64,000 nucleotides of DNA from Marsupella aquatica. Taxonomy: Eukaryota > Plantae > Marchantiophyta. The number at the start of each line of letters is the position of its first letter. Positions within the stretch are counted from its first letter, which is position 1. Under the pieces are notes generated by a model. It did not search any database. It saw nothing but the letters and a program-made list of their open reading frames with translations, and had not been told where the DNA came from. Positions 52,717 to 64,000 of the stretch are shown here, piece after piece. The stretch spans positions 13,081,375 to 13,145,374 of the forward strand of contig OZ316897.1 of the NCBI GenBank assembly GCA_973895155.1, read 5' to 3'. The position numbers and the translations under genes were made by a program.

Positions 52717-54167
52717 CTCTTGAGTCGAGCCCTTCTACGAAGATTGAAGGAGACATTGTTAGTCAAGGGGAAAGGATTCTTGCATGGAGAAAATATGGCA
52801 AGTACAAAAATTCATCTCCTTGTGGAAGGTTGATCAAAATGAAATGGAAATTATATAGTCTGGGGCGCTCGAGGATCTGGCTCACGATTTCGAAGGCAAT
52901 TGGGATATTCGCGATAGACAGACAACTTCTTTGACTTCTAGTCTTGCAATTCCTTAGTGACTCGGACCAAGCTCGGTTTGAAGCCTTAGGGTTTCGTGGT
53001 CGATTTCTTTGTGAGCAGAGGTTGATTAGTGCACCCGTGACTGATAACTTACTTGGAGGTAGTAGACTACTAGTTGAGGTGTAAAGAAAAGCTCTCAGGC
53101 TGCAATATTGAAGACCTCGAGAGATGACAGTGACGTCTACCATTGCGGAGGTCTGAGTACATTGGATGAGGTGCCCAACACAAACGCTCACAAGCTGGTT
53201 ATTGACGGGCCTTCAAAGGTGCAGACCCCACAATTAGTCATTGAGGGATAGCACCCCACTCAAAACATTGTTAATTAAAAAATGTATTGGGTTTAGAATT
53301 TGTAACACAGGATATAGTTGGACAACACGAACATGTTTTTGATAAGCAAGCGTGTATGGAGAGAAAGCCGGCTCGTGAATTGGAACTCAACGTTCCCTAC
53401 GTTGGAATAATCTTCCCCGATCACTAACACCCACGTTTGATTGGTAGCTCGAAAGCTAATCATTAGCGATACTGCCAGGACATACTAAACCTTAAGGACG
53501 TGACCAAACTGGCAATTGGTAGACAAACTGTTGAAGTCACAAATTCATGATTGTCGTAAGTGGTACACCGGCTGGATGGGCAAGACGAGGAATGACTTCA
53601 ATTTAATAATCACGGACGTACTTGAGTTGGTCACTTCAGTTAAGCGAAGAGTGTGCAAATTGAATATTCCCTCGGTCCCCATGACGCAACCCTCTACGCA
53701 CGAAACCATGTTCTCGAGAAATGTTACAATTGTTTTTACTTCTGAATAGCCGACTCATGTTACAAGAATCATTAGATGGAAACCTGCAATATTGAGGCTG
53801 AATTGGAAACTTCACTGGAAGCGTTTCAAATGGAAGCGCAAGAAGACGGACCTTGCTCTGATCCAGAATCAGTCGTTCCCCTCTCTCACACCGAACATTG
53901 GAGAGTCCAGCTTCGAGCCGACAATGCTGCGAGAATCAGTCTGCCATTCCCTCTCTCAGGCCGAACATTGGAGGCGTCCACCTCCTCCGGTCAACAGTTA
54001 CCAGCTAGATTGGTTTGAAAGGGCCTTCCCTTCCCGGTGCCACAAGCCAACTTCAATTCGTCTGACTGACGCAAAATGTAATGTGGTTTGCAAACTTCGA
54101 TTGAAGAATCGGATACCACTCAAAGAACTTCTGGCAACCCTCAAGACGATATTCATTTTTCAACCAA

Positions 54168-54650
54168 CTAGAACAGTACAGCGGTTTCAGATGTCTCCAG
54201 TCGACGACTCCTGCGACTCTCATGTTCTAGTCGGCTCACTTCATATTGAAGCATAAGGCTCTCGTGTTCTAGTTGGGTCTCTTCAGATTCAAGCACAAGG
54301 CTCTCATGTTCTAGTCTGCTCTTTTCAGATTCCAGCACAAGCCTCTCATGTTCTAGTCTGCTCTCTTCATACTCAAGCGTATGTCTCTCATGTTCTCGTA
54401 GGCTCTCATTTGCTTTCGGCACACCTTTTCTGCATAGTTTTCTCATGTCAGCTGCTCTCTTTCTCGGTTTCGGTATTACCTGTTTGGACTTCGTTTGACT
54501 GTGATTCTACCTGTAAATCTTCTGAGTTTTTAAGTTTGCTAAGGTCGCTATTTTTTCTTCAATTCTTCTGTCTGGGATTCCAATTCTTTGCTGAGTTATG
54601 TGACTTTACTCTGCCAACTCCGTGTTTTTGCGTACTTTTATGATATTTCT
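54168..54650 (-). pseudogene. Decayed coiled-coil-like coding fragment with 21/42-bp tandem repeats
   Basis: (S/T)RLEHE(S/R)LVLESE(E/K) repeats at 54215-54410; upstream Glu/Lys-rich segments in shifting frames with stops. Confidence 0.35.
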
Positions 54651-55484
54651 CGTTGTGTTGTACAGGGTATTAATTTTCCATATTGCCGGGCATATTGCCT
54701 AGGGGATTATGGGAAGTACCACAAATCTATGAATTGTAAAAGAGAGAAAATAATCTACCCTATAAAAGAAAGTAAACTATTGTCTATCTACGGTGCTAAA
54801 CAAAATAGAAGATTGTCTTACATAAGGGAGATTGTGTCCAGAATCTAATGTATTGCATGGCTGAATAATTTATATTTTTAACTTATTCCAAGTATTGGAC
54901 CAATTGTCTGCCAACAAATTGCTACATGGCCCTTTAATTTTTTCTATCTATTCCATAAGTTTACTTTTTCTTGTATGTTAATGTCCTAGTTGTGAGAGTA
55001 AGGCCCCTCAAAATGTTAATGTCCTAGTTACAGAAATAGTCAGACTGAAGCCCCTCAAAACTACTTGGGCTTGTCCTTGTTTTTTGGGGCATTATACATC
55101 TCACAATGCCCTCTAACCAGGACATTCTAGTAATCATAAGTTGCTGGCGGATGGTTTGTTTGAAGTTTAGTAAGAGTTCATTTTGAGGCAAACAGGAATA
55201 ACCCCAACTCATGAACAGTAATGATTGAAATCTTATGCAAAAGTACAATTCACAATTGGCTTCCATTACAGTGAAATCGTGTAGCATTGTACAGATTGTG
55301 TTTACTTTTTCAAAGTGGCAATGTTGTTCGTGATAAACTGGCACATCAAGTTGTTCCTAGCATGACCAGTTCCTTCGTTAATGTATCTTCCTGAAAATTC
55401 CTATCGCACAAACTACATCTTTGTTCTACGACATCGCGGCGACTTGAATTGAAGATACAAAGCAAATTACATCGCCTCTCTGAA

Positions 55485-55644
55485 GAGAATTCATCGTCTA
55501 AGTGCAAGAGATCTATTTTCAATCTAGCTATGATCTAACAAATGGTGGGACTGAAGATCGGGTCTGAGAATTCATCTTCTAAGTGCAAGAGATCTATCTT
55601 CAATCTAGCTATGATCTAACAAATGGTGGGACTGAAGATCGGGT
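55485..55644. repeat. 81-bp tandem duplication
   Basis: GAGAATTCATC(G/T)TCTAAGTGCAAGAGATCTAT...GACTGAAGATCGGGT x2. Confidence 0.9.
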
Positions 55645-55682
55645 TTGGTAATCTTAATTTGTATGTCCGATAGACAAGATTA

Positions 55683-56160
55683 CATATCACACTGCCAAAA
55701 AGACAAGAACTCCAAACCTGGAGACATGATCCCACAGGCACAACGACCAATAAATGGAGGGAAAAGGGAAAGACCCCCAGGAGACCAACGAGGCCAATCA
55801 ATCCAAAGAGCCCCACAACAAGTAAAACTCCACTAAGAAGCAAACTCAGAACTAAAACCCTAGTGGCCGGAAAACTGAAAGGATTGGTGGAGCACCTGAG
55901 TAAACCGCTTAGTAGGGTCAGGGAGGGGAATCCACATACCCACAGATATGGGGATGGGAGGGGAGGTGATAGATGATGATCGTTTTTTGGCAGCAGGGTA
56001 GGAGGAATCTTTTGGGTTTGGGTTCTATGGTGGTTCCGACAGGCTTATGGTTGATAGGTGCTGGTCTTGGGCCCTATTGCTTTTAGTATCAGATGTCTTT
56101 CTTTCATCCCAGACTTGTTTCAGGAGGATTGCTAAGATCTTATGAATAAAAGCGTAGTTA
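55683..56160 (-). mobile_element. Dispersed repeat copy 2, probable 5'-truncated LINE-like 3' end
   Basis: Shares the 45680/60490 motif; adjacent minus-strand reading ILAILLKQVWDERK resembles the W.ERN motif near LINE ORF2 C-termini (weak). Confidence 0.45.
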
Positions 56161-56412
56161 GAATGTTCAATATGTCATCAAGCCATGGGCCACAGAACGA
56201 CCGAGGTGTCTACAGTATCTGGATTGACTAGTGAAGATAATATTGCCCAGCTGAGGCTAGAATGGTGACGCTTTCAGTGCAGGACATTTCCCCGTAGAGG
56301 TGATCATAGGTTCTGGGCCTACAATCTGTCGTGGACCTGTGGGAAATTCACAGGAACCCGAACCAAAGAAATTTCACAGAACCGACGTCGCCTACATCAC
56401 ACTGAGAGCTAC

Positions 56413-59400
56413 TCAGTTAGATGTCAATTTTAGACTGACATCCCAAAGCTTCTTGGCTGCGTCCGCATCATCAGTCAGAGAAGTCAATTTGCTCACCTTA
56501 AACTCACTGCAATCGATATAAAACTTTCCCCTGACACCTTCCAAGGATGGATGGAGGGCGACATAGCACGTCGTTGCGGCTCCCTGCACGTGAAATGTCA
56601 GATCTACCACCGAAGGGATCACAACTGGTTACTGTAAAATATTGCATCTACAATTGAATGGAATTGAGAACTGAACTCCACGAATAAATTGAGAACTGAA
56701 CTGATTCCACGAAGCCAATTGGCAGATGTGTATGAACAGGACTTACCTGAGGTACGGTCTTCCACAAGAAATATGTGGCATAGTAAAAGACATCAATCAG
56801 ACCTACAATTTGCATACACCCAAGAAGGGACGTGAGACATCCACGAGGGATACAGTTCAACCACAACAACATCTATTTGATACGTCTATCAAGGGTGATA
56901 TGGAACATTGAGCGAAAGCCTGAAATCAATCTCAACAATTAGAGAACCCCAGACTCAAAACTCTGATAGCCAAGATCATCACCTACAAAGCGTACATTCC
57001 TTAGTGACAAGTTCTAGCTTACTGTGGGTCGTATGCATCTCGTAGTTCACAAGTTTAAAGAAAAAAATAGGCTAGCTTGTATATTCTAAGAAATCGGTCG
57101 CGACGTGATTGAAATATGAATCCTGAAGTCCTCTCTGTTATAAAGGCGATCGAAGGACTTACGCTTGAATACACCATCAATATGTCGCACTAGATTTGTC
57201 TTGATCATGCCCGGATGAAGGGCATTTATCGTCACATTTGTCACTCCCTCTTCCTGCTTAAATAGCAAGATCATAACAAGCTAATTCAGTCAAGTTATTT
57301 CTCACTCTTTCATTAGTTAGAAATCTACGAATGAACCAACTTCGTCATCACTTTGCTATAGTTCCTGCAGACTCCTTAGGCACAAACCGCGGCCTTGCTT
57401 AAGAAGATTGAATTCTCTCTGTAATTCGGGTTTACATTTTAGTAGAATCTTATGGTACCTGGAGTCGTCGGCTTAGTTCTTGAGCGTGATAAACATTTGC
57501 AATCTTGGATGAAGCATATGCTTTAATTGAACTGTATCTGTTAGAAGTCGCAATGTTCGCCAAAGTTAGAGGTTAGAGGTTTCTTCCAAGTTCGTGGTAG
57601 GCCCACTTAGTCAGACAAGAAACGATGACTTCGAAAGCGTGGAGTTTTGAGTGGAGCAATTGAGTTTGTGACACGGCTTATCAGATTGATAGTTGAATAC
57701 CCTTTCTCGTCGGTAATATTATCCCACTGCACGGCAGCTTTGGAGGCCAAACCTACAGCCTTTGACGACACATTGACAAGTCTACTTTCAATCCCCGTAG
57801 CATTGGCTGTCTCTTTCAGCTTGTCCAGTAGGAGGTTGGTTAACAGGAAATGTCCTGCAAGCGTACACCAACGTACCTACATCAGTTGGAGAGAAGGATG
57901 AGACTTAAGCTCGCAAAGGCACTAGAAATGTTACATCTGTGGAGACTCCAAAATAATTTCGCATCGGAGACAAAGCGGCAGGGGAGAAATGGTTACGTTA
58001 GAGATTCTTCAGATTAAAAAAGTAAAGAACACATAGCTGCAACAGACATTTTAGTACTCTTGGCATTGCGCCAGACATACCTATATGATTTATCCCGAAG
58101 TGAGTTTCGATGCCATCCTCTGTTAGCGCAAATGGAGCTAGCATAATTCCTGCATTGTTTCTTCAAAAGAAAACTCACAAGTGAATGCGAAGATCTAGAG
58201 TTTTATGATCCCAGCCAAGCTACAGGCGGACAAAGAAATTGTAACCAGAGAAACTTCGAAATTTCATTACAGTAATTCTTTATGCAATTGGACTAATCCA
58301 AAATTTTCCTCCTGCGAACACAAACACCATTGCTTGGTATCTGGTAAGCTAACGACATTGCCAGGGCACACTAAACCAAAAGGACGTGACCAAGCGTCAC
58401 AAATTCTTGATTGTCATAAGTGGGACACTGGCTGGGGATGGTTGGGAAGAGGGATGACTTCAATGTAAACGATCACGGACCTAGATGATTTAAGCTCTTT
58501 CGTTAAGTGAAGACTAAGGTACTCACATCAAAAGATTCAATGGCTTGTCAAGGGCCAGAAAGCTTTCGGCACTCTTCCTGATCGAAGCTTGTGAGCTGAG
58601 GTCGAGTGGAGCCAGGATGTCAACCTTGGCATTGGGTAATTCTTTCAAGATGTTTTCCTTCGTTGATGTAGCGGATTGAACATTGCGGCCGCCGATGTAT
58701 ACATGGGCACCACGTAATGCGAGGACGCGAGCTGTCTCGGTGCCAATTCCGCTCGTAGCTCCTACCAATTGGGCAGCCACGGAACGAAATCACTCAGCAG
58801 AAATGTTCGTACGATTTTCGATTCCACAAAGATAAGGTCAGCCTTCCAGAAACGCCATCTCTAACTTCTCAACTTGGATTTGAGTAGTCTAAATGGAGAA
58901 CTCAATTTCATAATGAGTCCTCTTCTGCTTCAATTCACACCGCTTAACCAATGTTAGACACGCAGTCCTTGATCAAAAAATTGCCTTCAACGAAACGTAA
59001 AGCAACGGCACAGATCCTCTTCACTGAAATGGCTCTAGTCGCTCTATTCGATCGTGTGGCATTCCAACCGTCGACATCGCCTAAAGATTTCAATATGTAC
59101 ATTCTCGAGATTCCCAACACCTTAACATGACATTTCAACATCGAATCGAATCGAATTGCAATTGTATTAAATCCGAAATGAAGGTTTCGTTCTGTTCAGA
59201 TTTATCGACTGTCTAGTACAGATGAGCGGTTTCCAATGCAGCGTACACAACGTACACCCCAGACCTAGATTAGAAAGAACTAGGACAGCGACAATTTGAG
59301 ATTGGAGGGGAAAACCGAAGTGCCTCTAACTGAAGAGCAAATCTTCCACCCTCGAAAATGCGTAGTGCAGAAAGTCTGGGACGCATTAAGCTTTCCCTAC

Positions 59401-59832
59401 GACATTGTAGACACTCAGTGGACAGCGCACAGAAACTGATCTCCAAATTTCAGTCAGGACAAGCTCATCGATCATGCGTATTTCTGCCTTCCTCGCTTAA
59501 CGAACGAACGCAAATAGGCAGACCCGAAAAAAATTTCGAAAAGAAACATCGAGTGGAATTGAGACTATCAGAAATGTCTTGAAAATCCCAACCAAGTAAA
59601 TGCAAGACAAGAGTTCGATTGCACGAACAGAATCTGGCCCGACATTCATTCGCGGGTCTTTCTAGTCCTAACGCTCTGCTTGTTGCCCTTTGAGCAAGCC
59701 ACACCACAGTCAGAAGAGCAGGACCAGAAGCAAACCGGTGATGATGACCGTAAGCTTGGAAGCGTCGATGCCCTCCGTCACCTGCTCGGCCGTAGTGCTG
59801 GCTCCAAAACCAGATTCGCTACTCCCCACCAT
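56413..59832 (-). CDS. Short-chain dehydrogenase/reductase, Tic32/retinol-dehydrogenase-like, copy 1; exons 59736-59832, 58527-58761, 58081-58160, 57701-57854, 57459-57537, 57163-57253, 56747-56802, 56413-56583
   Basis: SGFGASTTAEQVTEGID, TGATSGIG, NNAGIM, NHIGHFLLT, NVSS, YASSK, LHPG, QGAATTCYVALHP; in-phase GT-AG junctions. Confidence 0.93.
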
Positions 59833-60046
59833 GATTCAATCAATCACTCGATGACAACCTCTTGCCATGAAAATCAATCAAACCACACAATACCTGCACG
59901 ACATGGGAAACCTAGTGAACCCGACGTTGGATCACTGGTACTCGTCAAAGAGGACCTCGCCCACTTCACCACACCACACCACACTAATGCACCTTTGCTA
60001 GCTCTTCGCAGGATCTACTTGTAGAGTTGCGAGTGACGAACACAGG

Positions 60047-60090
60047 CATTCATTCATTCATCATTCATTCATTCAGCATTCATTCATTCA
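60047..60090. repeat. (CATT)n microsatellite upstream of SDR copy 1
   Basis: Interrupted CATT run. Confidence 0.8.
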
Positions 60091-60489
60091 GCAGAGCCTT
60101 TCTACTGTAGAGGAGGTATTCTATAATGCGAGCAAACATGAATTTTGAATTTTGTTAGCGTTAGCGAGACACTTGTGTTTTTAATTTTTTTTTTCATTTC
60201 CTTGCCTTTATCAATTTTTGGTGTGTTTTATATGACTCCAGATGGCTAGCGAGATCACTAGCAAAAAGATGAGTCCTCAAAATGGATATTATCAATCAGA
60301 GGAGTCCCCAAAATGGATATTATCAACCAGGTCTTCCCCAAAATGGATATTATCGACCAGGTTACTGTTAGTGAGACAGTTGCATATAGAAAAATTAGGA
60401 GTCATGTGAGGAAATTTTTTGCTCATGCCAGAAAAATTTCTATTGTTTCCTCGCATGCTACAATGACCCTTTCTAGAGAGGCATGCAAA

Positions 60490-60690
60490 GTATATCACAG
60501 TGCCCAAGAGCAAAAAATGTACCGGGAGACAAGATTGACAAGATCACAAAGGCAAGCAACCCAATGAAGGGGAGGAAAAGAGGGGAAGGGCCCCAAGAAA
60601 AAACAAGCCAAGGGGTCCCTAATCCAAAAGCTGACAAAAATGTTACCAATAAAGGAACCATGAAGGCTAACACCCTACTGAGCGGAGAAC
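60490..60690 (-). mobile_element. Dispersed repeat copy 3 (LINE-like 3' end family)
   Basis: TATATCACAGTGCCCAAGAGCAAAAAATG...GGAGACAAGATT. Confidence 0.5.
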
Positions 60691-61712
60691 GAAAAGCCTA
60701 CTAGAGCTCCGGAGTACACCACAAAGGAGGGACGCGGAGCGGAACGCAAACATGCAGTGAACCAACAACAGCCACACAATCCCACGACTTGGGGTCGAGG
60801 GCCCAGCTCTGCGAAAACACTTTTGTGTAAAATGGATGGACCACAACGTTAGTCTTTGAAAACCCCCATTGACCACATTTCACAAGATTTGAATTTAATT
60901 GTAATAATTTATGTTCATAAATTCAAATATTTTGTAATCTTGAAGACGTGCTACAGTAGTTGGTAAGCTACACTTTACTCAAGGTGATAGTGAATTTTTG
61001 GCCATTTTGGTCGAGTTATTTTTCATGGAATGCATAGGGATAAATTCAATTAGATTTATTTTCCTTGTGTTAATATGAGATATTAAGGCTTGTGTTTTTT
61101 TACGTCTCTTCCTTCTCTACTTGCCTTGGAGGTGAAAAACTAAAGATTATTGTAAGACTCGTAATCATCAAGTTATAAGCCCAAAACTACAGTGGATCAC
61201 CAAAATTTGGTTCATGGGAGCAATGTGTCCAACATGGAGGTTTATCCGGGCTTCACTTTCACTTTTGTGATGTATTCTTTTGTATTTTTGAGTGCATTAA
61301 TTTTTCTGACAACCTCCTCTTGAAAGAATTATTCTTGTACTGCAATCTTCCCCGCAACACAACTCCATGGCCTTATATTTGAATAATGGACCATGGGGCA
61401 CTCTATTCAAATAATGTGCCCCGCGTGTTGTATTTGAGTTTTGACTACTTGTTTTTTCATTTTTTGTATTTATAGAACTTTGTGTTTGAAAATGGATGTT
61501 ATGACTGTTCTAATATTGGTTGTGTTTGAGTATTGGTATTGTCCTATGATTCATGAATATTTTACTGATTGTGCTCGATCTAGAACACTTTAGTGTCAAA
61601 ACCAACTCAAAGAGAATGCCAATATTCAAACACAACGTTGTGTTTGATTTCAAATGTGTTTTTTTATCACTCGGCCCAAAATTTTCTATTTTCTTCGCAG
61701 GAAGATACATGG

Positions 61713-61910
61713 TAGTTTCAATCCCCATGAGTTGCACAAAGGATGTTGTTGCCTAAAACATGTGGTTGCATGAAAGATGTCATTAAATAAAAGATGTTCT
61801 GCAAAAAATATGGTTAAATAAAATATGTCATCACTCAAAATATGGCGTTAAGTGGAAGACATAGTTGCGCAAATAATGGCTAAGTAATAAAAGACATTGT
61901 TCGACAAAAA
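61713..61910 (-). mobile_element. Third copy of the Helitron-like end plus ~19-bp minisatellite
   Basis: TAGTTTCAATCCCCATGAGTTGCACAAAGGATGTTGTTGC resembles TAGCTCAATATCCATGCGTTGCATAGAAGATGTAGTTGC at 15496. Confidence 0.45.
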
Positions 61911-62200
61911 ATTCTTTTCTGGTTTATTACTTCTCTTCGGTCATCTGTTATGTTCAATATCACATCAAGCCATGGGCCACAGAACAACCAAGGTGTCTAC
62001 AGTATCTGGTTTGACTAGTGAAGATAATATTTGCCACCTGAGGCTAGAATGGTGACGCTTTCAGTGCAGGACATTTCCCCGTAGAGGTGATCATAGGTTC
62101 TGGGCCTACAATCTGTCGCTTGACCTGTGGGAAATTCACAGCAACCCGAACCAAAGAAATTTTACAGAACCGACGTCGCCTACATCTCACTGAGAGCTAC

Positions 62201-63984
62201 TCAGTTAGATGTCAATTTTAGACTGACATCCCAGAGCTTCTTGGCTGCCTCCGCATCATCAGTCAGAGAAGTCAATTTGCTCACCTTAAACTCACTGCAA
62301 TCGTTATAAAACTTCCCACTGACACCTTCCAAGGATGGATGGAGGGCGACATAGCACGTCGTTGCGGCTCCCTGCACGTGAAATGTCAGGTCTACCACCG
62401 AAGAGATCACTAGTGGTTACTGTAAAATATTGCATCTACAATTGAATTGAGAACTGAACTGATTCCACGAAGCCAATTGGCAGATGTGTATGAACAGGAC
62501 TTACCTGAGGTACGGTCTTCCACGCAAAAGATGTGGCATAGTAAACGAAAGTAATCAGACCTACAATTTGCGTATACCCAAGATCGAAAGGACGTTAGAC
62601 ATCCACGAGCCATACAGCTAAGTAACCACAATAACATCTCTTTGACACGTCGCATCAAAGGTATATGGAACATTGAGCGAAAGCCTGAAATCAATCTCAA
62701 CTATTAGAGAACCCCAGACTCAGAACTCTGATAGCCAAGATATCACCTACAAAGCGTACAGTCCCAAGTGACAAGTTCTAGCTTACGGTGGGTGGTATGC
62801 ATCTCGTAGTTCATAAGTTGAAAGAAAAACAAGGCGCTATAATAGGCTAGCTTAATTGTATATTCTAAGGAATCGATCGCGAAGCGATTGAAATTTGGTT
62901 CCTGAAGTCCTCTCTGTTATAAAGGCGATTGAAGGACTTACGCTTCAAGACACCACCAACTTGTCGCAGTAGATTTGTCTTGATAATGCCCGGATGAAGG
63001 GCATTTATCGTCACATTTGTCACTCCCTCTTCCTGCTTAAATAACATGATCATAAACAAGCTAATTCAGTCAAATAATCAAGTTATTTCTCACTCGTTCA
63101 TTAGTTAGAAATGTATGAACGAACCAACTTCGTCAACGATAATTCTGCTCTAATTCCTGCAAACTCCTTAGGCACAAACCGCGGCCCTGCTTAAGAAGAT
63201 TGAATTCGGGTTTACATTTAACTAGAATCTTACGGTACCTGGAGTCGTCGGCTTAGTTCTTGAGCGTGATAAACATTTGCAATCTTGGATAAAGCATATG
63301 CTTTAACTGAACTGTATCTGTTACAAGTCGAATAGTTCGGTAAAGTTAGAGGTTAGAGGTTCCTTCCAAGTTCGTGGTAGGCCACTTAGTCAGACAAGAA
63401 CCGATGAGTTTGAAAGCGTGGAGTTTTGAGTGGAGCAACTGAGTTTGTGTTGAACTCGAACACGGCTTATCAGATTGATAGTGGAATACCGTTTCTCGTC
63501 GGTAATATTATCCCACTGCACGGCAGCTTTGGAGGTCCAACTTAAAGCATTTGACGACACATTGACAACTCTACTTTCAATCCCCGTAGCATTGGCTGTC
63601 TCTTTCAGCTTCTCCAGTAGGAGGTTGGTTAACAGGAAATGTCCTGCACGCGTACCACAAAGTACCTACATCAGTTGGAGAGAAGGATGAGACTTCAGCT
63701 CGCAAAGGCACTAGATGTGTTACATCTGGGGAGACTCCAAAATAATGTGCTACATCTGGGGAGACTCCAAAATAATTTCGCATCGGAGACAAAGCGGCAG
63801 GGGAGAAATGGTTACGTTGGAGACTTCTTCAGGTTTGAAAAAGCAAAGAACACATAGCTGCAACAGACACTTTAGTACTCTTGGGATTCCGCAGACATAC
63901 GTACCTATATGGTTTATCCCGAAGTTACTTTCGATGCCATCCTCGGTTAGCGCAAATGGAGCTAGCATAATTCCTGCATTGTTT
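62201..63984 (-). CDS. Tic32-like SDR copy 2, 3' part only (continues beyond window); exons 63905-63984, 63490-63643, 63239-63317, 62942-63032, 62505-62560, 62201-62371
   Basis: Exon lengths identical to copy 1, YALSK catalytic motif, no stops seen; intron and 3' flank homology from ~61950 to 56163. Confidence 0.92.
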
Positions 63985-64000
63985 CTTCAAGAGAAAACTA

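Noticed and set aside
60270-60362. Three ~28-bp repeats, CRISPR-like at a glance
   Set aside because: Tandem with no unique spacers; eukaryotic context, no cas genes

Overview
Eukaryotic nuclear DNA from a land plant. Compact GT-AG introns and the gene/TE repertoire suggest a non-seed plant, most likely a bryophyte (inference). Host genes, in order: intronless complex I subunit NDUFB10/PDSW (-); a ~17-exon organellar RecG helicase (-); a 3-exon conserved 126-aa gene of unknown function only ~390 bp upstream of RecG (-); mTERF5/MDA1-like (+); choline-phosphate cytidylyltransferase (-); a PsaN-like chloroplast protein (+); and two tandem Tic32-like short-chain dehydrogenases (-, second truncated by the window end). 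Two complete but inactivated transposons are present. One is a 4.66-kb PIF/Harbinger element (17-bp TIRs, TAA TSD) carrying an apparent extra third ORF. The other is a 6.9-kb Bianca-like Ty1/copia element with 108-bp LTRs, AACAA TSD, a half-tRNA-Ile primer site and a 1.7-kb leader. Intergenic DNA holds Helitron-like ends, LINE-like 3' fragments and many local tandem duplications. The most interesting signal is a probable spliced bicistronic/uORF link joining the 126-aa gene to RECG on one mRNA. All exon models were read by eye and are not supported by transcript data.
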